Assembly (NCBI GenBank): GCA_017509785.1
Contig: JAFWOT010000027.1
Coordinates: 2,598 to 66,597 of the forward strand
Source of the DNA: Clostridia bacterium
GTDB taxonomy: Bacteria > Bacillota > Clostridia > Christensenellales > CAG-138
DNA: 64,000 bases
Direction of reading: 5' to 3'
The notes below the pieces were generated by a model. It saw only the letters and a list, made by a program, of their open reading frames with translations. It did no database searches and had not been told where the DNA came from. Positions 62,845 to 64,000 of the stretch are shown piece after piece; within the stretch, counting starts at the first letter, position 1, and each line of letters begins with the position of its first letter. The translations under genes were made by a program, and so were the position numbers.

Positions 62845-63095
62845 CAGAAGGGCGCCTCCCCGTCGTCGGTCTCATCGGGGGCTTCCTCCATCGTGCGCTC
62901 GAGCACGGCCTTCGAGACCTTCTCGAGCCTCGCTTCATAGCCCTTCAACAGCGACTCGCAGCGGGCGGCAAGCGCCATGCCCTCTTCGTAGAGGGACATG
63001 AGCTTATCCAAAGGCGTCGCCGCCTCGCCCATCGCGGCGGTTATCTCCTCAAGCCTCGAAAAGGCCTGTTCATAGCTCATTTCTTCGATTTCCAT
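62844..63095 (-). CDS. xseB: Exodeoxyribonuclease VII small subunit
   Basis: 83 aa: SYEQAFSRLEEI...LDKLMSLYEEGMALAARCESLL. It sits directly after xseA. Confidence 0.88.
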   Translation of the reverse strand: MEIEEMSYEQAFSRLEEITAAMGEAATPLDKLMSLYEEGMALAARCESLLKGYEARLEKVSKAVLERTMEEAPDETDDGEAPF

Positions 63096-63096
63096 A

Positions 63097-63999
63097 TCAG
63101 CTTTCTCCGTTCAATTCTATGCTTTCGACGGCGGCTTTCGCGCTTCCGCCCTTCATTACGAGGCGTATGCTTTCGCCCGGAACGAGCTCATCCGCCCGCG
63201 GGAGGGGCTTGCCCTGCGGATCTGAGACTATGGCGTAACCTCGCTCCATCACGGCGGCGGGGCTGAGCGAACCGAGCTTCGAGAACTGCGAGGAGAGCTT
63301 CTCCCCGGCGTTCACGACGGCGGCCCTTGCCGCGCTGTCTGCCGAGCGGACGAGTGCGCGGAGCCTTTCCTGCCTTATCTCGACGGCGTGCCCGGGGTTC
63401 GCCATTGCGGCGGAGCCCGTGAGCATTTCGAGCGAGCGCGCGCTTTCCGCAAGAGCGGCCTGCGCAGTGTGAAGAATGAAAGCGGCGTTCGACTCCGTCT
63501 CGTTCAAAAGATCCTCCAGCCGGGGGCAGCAGAGCTCCGCCGCGGCGGACGGAGTCGGCGCCCGAAGATCGGCGGCGAAATCGGCGATGGTGAAATCCGT
63601 CTCATGCCCGACTGCGCTGACGACCGGCACGCGGGAGGAGAATATCGCCCTCGCGACGCGCTCGTCGTTGAAGCAGCTCAGATCCTCGTAGCTGCCTCCC
63701 CCGCGGCCCGTGATTATGACGTCCACCTCCGGGAAGAGGCCGAGCGCCCTTACCGCGGCGGCTATCTCCGCCGGGGCGGAGGGGCCCTGCACCTGGCAGG
63801 GCGCGAGAAGTACGTTCATGTTCGGGAACCTGCGCCGCGTGACGTTGATTATATCCTGCAGGGCGGCGCCGGAGCCGCTCGTCGCCACGCCGATGACGCG
63901 CGGAAGCCGCGGCAGGGCCCTCGCGTTTTCGAAAACGCCCTCCGCTTCGAGCTTCTCCTTGAGCATGAGGAAGCGGCGGTAGAGCTCTCCGTCGCCCTC
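63097..63999 (-). CDS. xseA: Exodeoxyribonuclease VII large subunit, C-terminal ~300 aa (N-terminus beyond the window end)
   Basis: The frame stays open upstream of the track's Met at 63966 (own translation ...EGDGELYRRFLMLKEKLEAEGVF), matching the conserved XseA G.G.L...F..LK..L..EGLF region. Also RVIGVATSGSGAALQDI and ITGRGGGS. Confidence 0.9.
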   Translation of the reverse strand, partial: EGDGELYRRFLMLKEKLEAEGVFENARALPRLPRVIGVATSGSGAALQDIINVTRRRFPNMNVLLAPCQVQGPSAPAEIAAAVRALGLFPEVDVIITGRGGGSYEDLSCFNDERVARAIFSSRVPVVSAVGHETDFTIADFAADLRAPTPSAAAELCCPRLEDLLNETESNAAFILHTAQAALAESARSLEMLTGSAAMANPGHAVEIRQERLRALVRSADSAARAAVVNAGEKLSSQFSKLGSLSPAAVMERGYAIVSDPQGKPLPRADELVPGESIRLVMKGGSAKAAVESIELNGES

Positions 64000-64000
64000 G

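Overview
A 64-kb chromosomal segment from a high-GC, endospore-lineage Firmicute. Hand counts give about 60% G+C in ordinary genes. Assignment to Clostridia is an inference from the IspH-S1 fusion and the spoIVB/spo0A/ytfJ gene set. The window is densely packed with about 60 protein genes, mostly housekeeping, plus two tRNAs. Recognisable conserved clusters, all on the minus strand unless noted:
- def-fmt-rsmB-rlmN-stp-prkC-rsgA-rpe followed by a ParC/GyrA-like gene
- lon, then an IscR-like Rrf2 regulator with nifS-nifU (plus strand)
- lexA (plus strand)
- miaB, then mutS-mutL-miaA-hfq
- ispH::rpsA fusion-plsC-cmk-surE neighbourhood
- a Na+-translocating oxaloacetate-type decarboxylase operon
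- rluB-dacB-ytfJ-DUF2953
- ruvCAB (plus strand), proS (plus strand), glsA (plus strand), deoB
- xseA-xseB-ispA-dxs-tlyA-nadK-recN-spoIVB-spo0A

The many long ORFs antisense to these genes are GC-driven shadow frames, and I do not call them. I found no CRISPR array, transposase, integrase or recognisable defence island.

Observations most worth a second look:
1. The gene in the syntenic spo0A position has a clear Spo0A DNA-binding domain. In a hand alignment its receiver domain has lost every residue needed for phosphorylation.
2. A two-gene cassette of about 0.9 kb (NudB-like NUDIX hydrolase plus a minimal pyrophosphatase-like protein) is wedged next to tRNA-Arg. Its G+C is clearly low and it is bracketed by related terminator hairpins.
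3. A nine-cysteine small protein is transcribed divergently from lexA across a region holding an SOS-box-like element.
4. Two Rrf2-regulator loci each carry a 6-N7-6 palindrome at a near-consensus promoter.

All functional calls rest on my reading of motifs in the translations. No database search was run.
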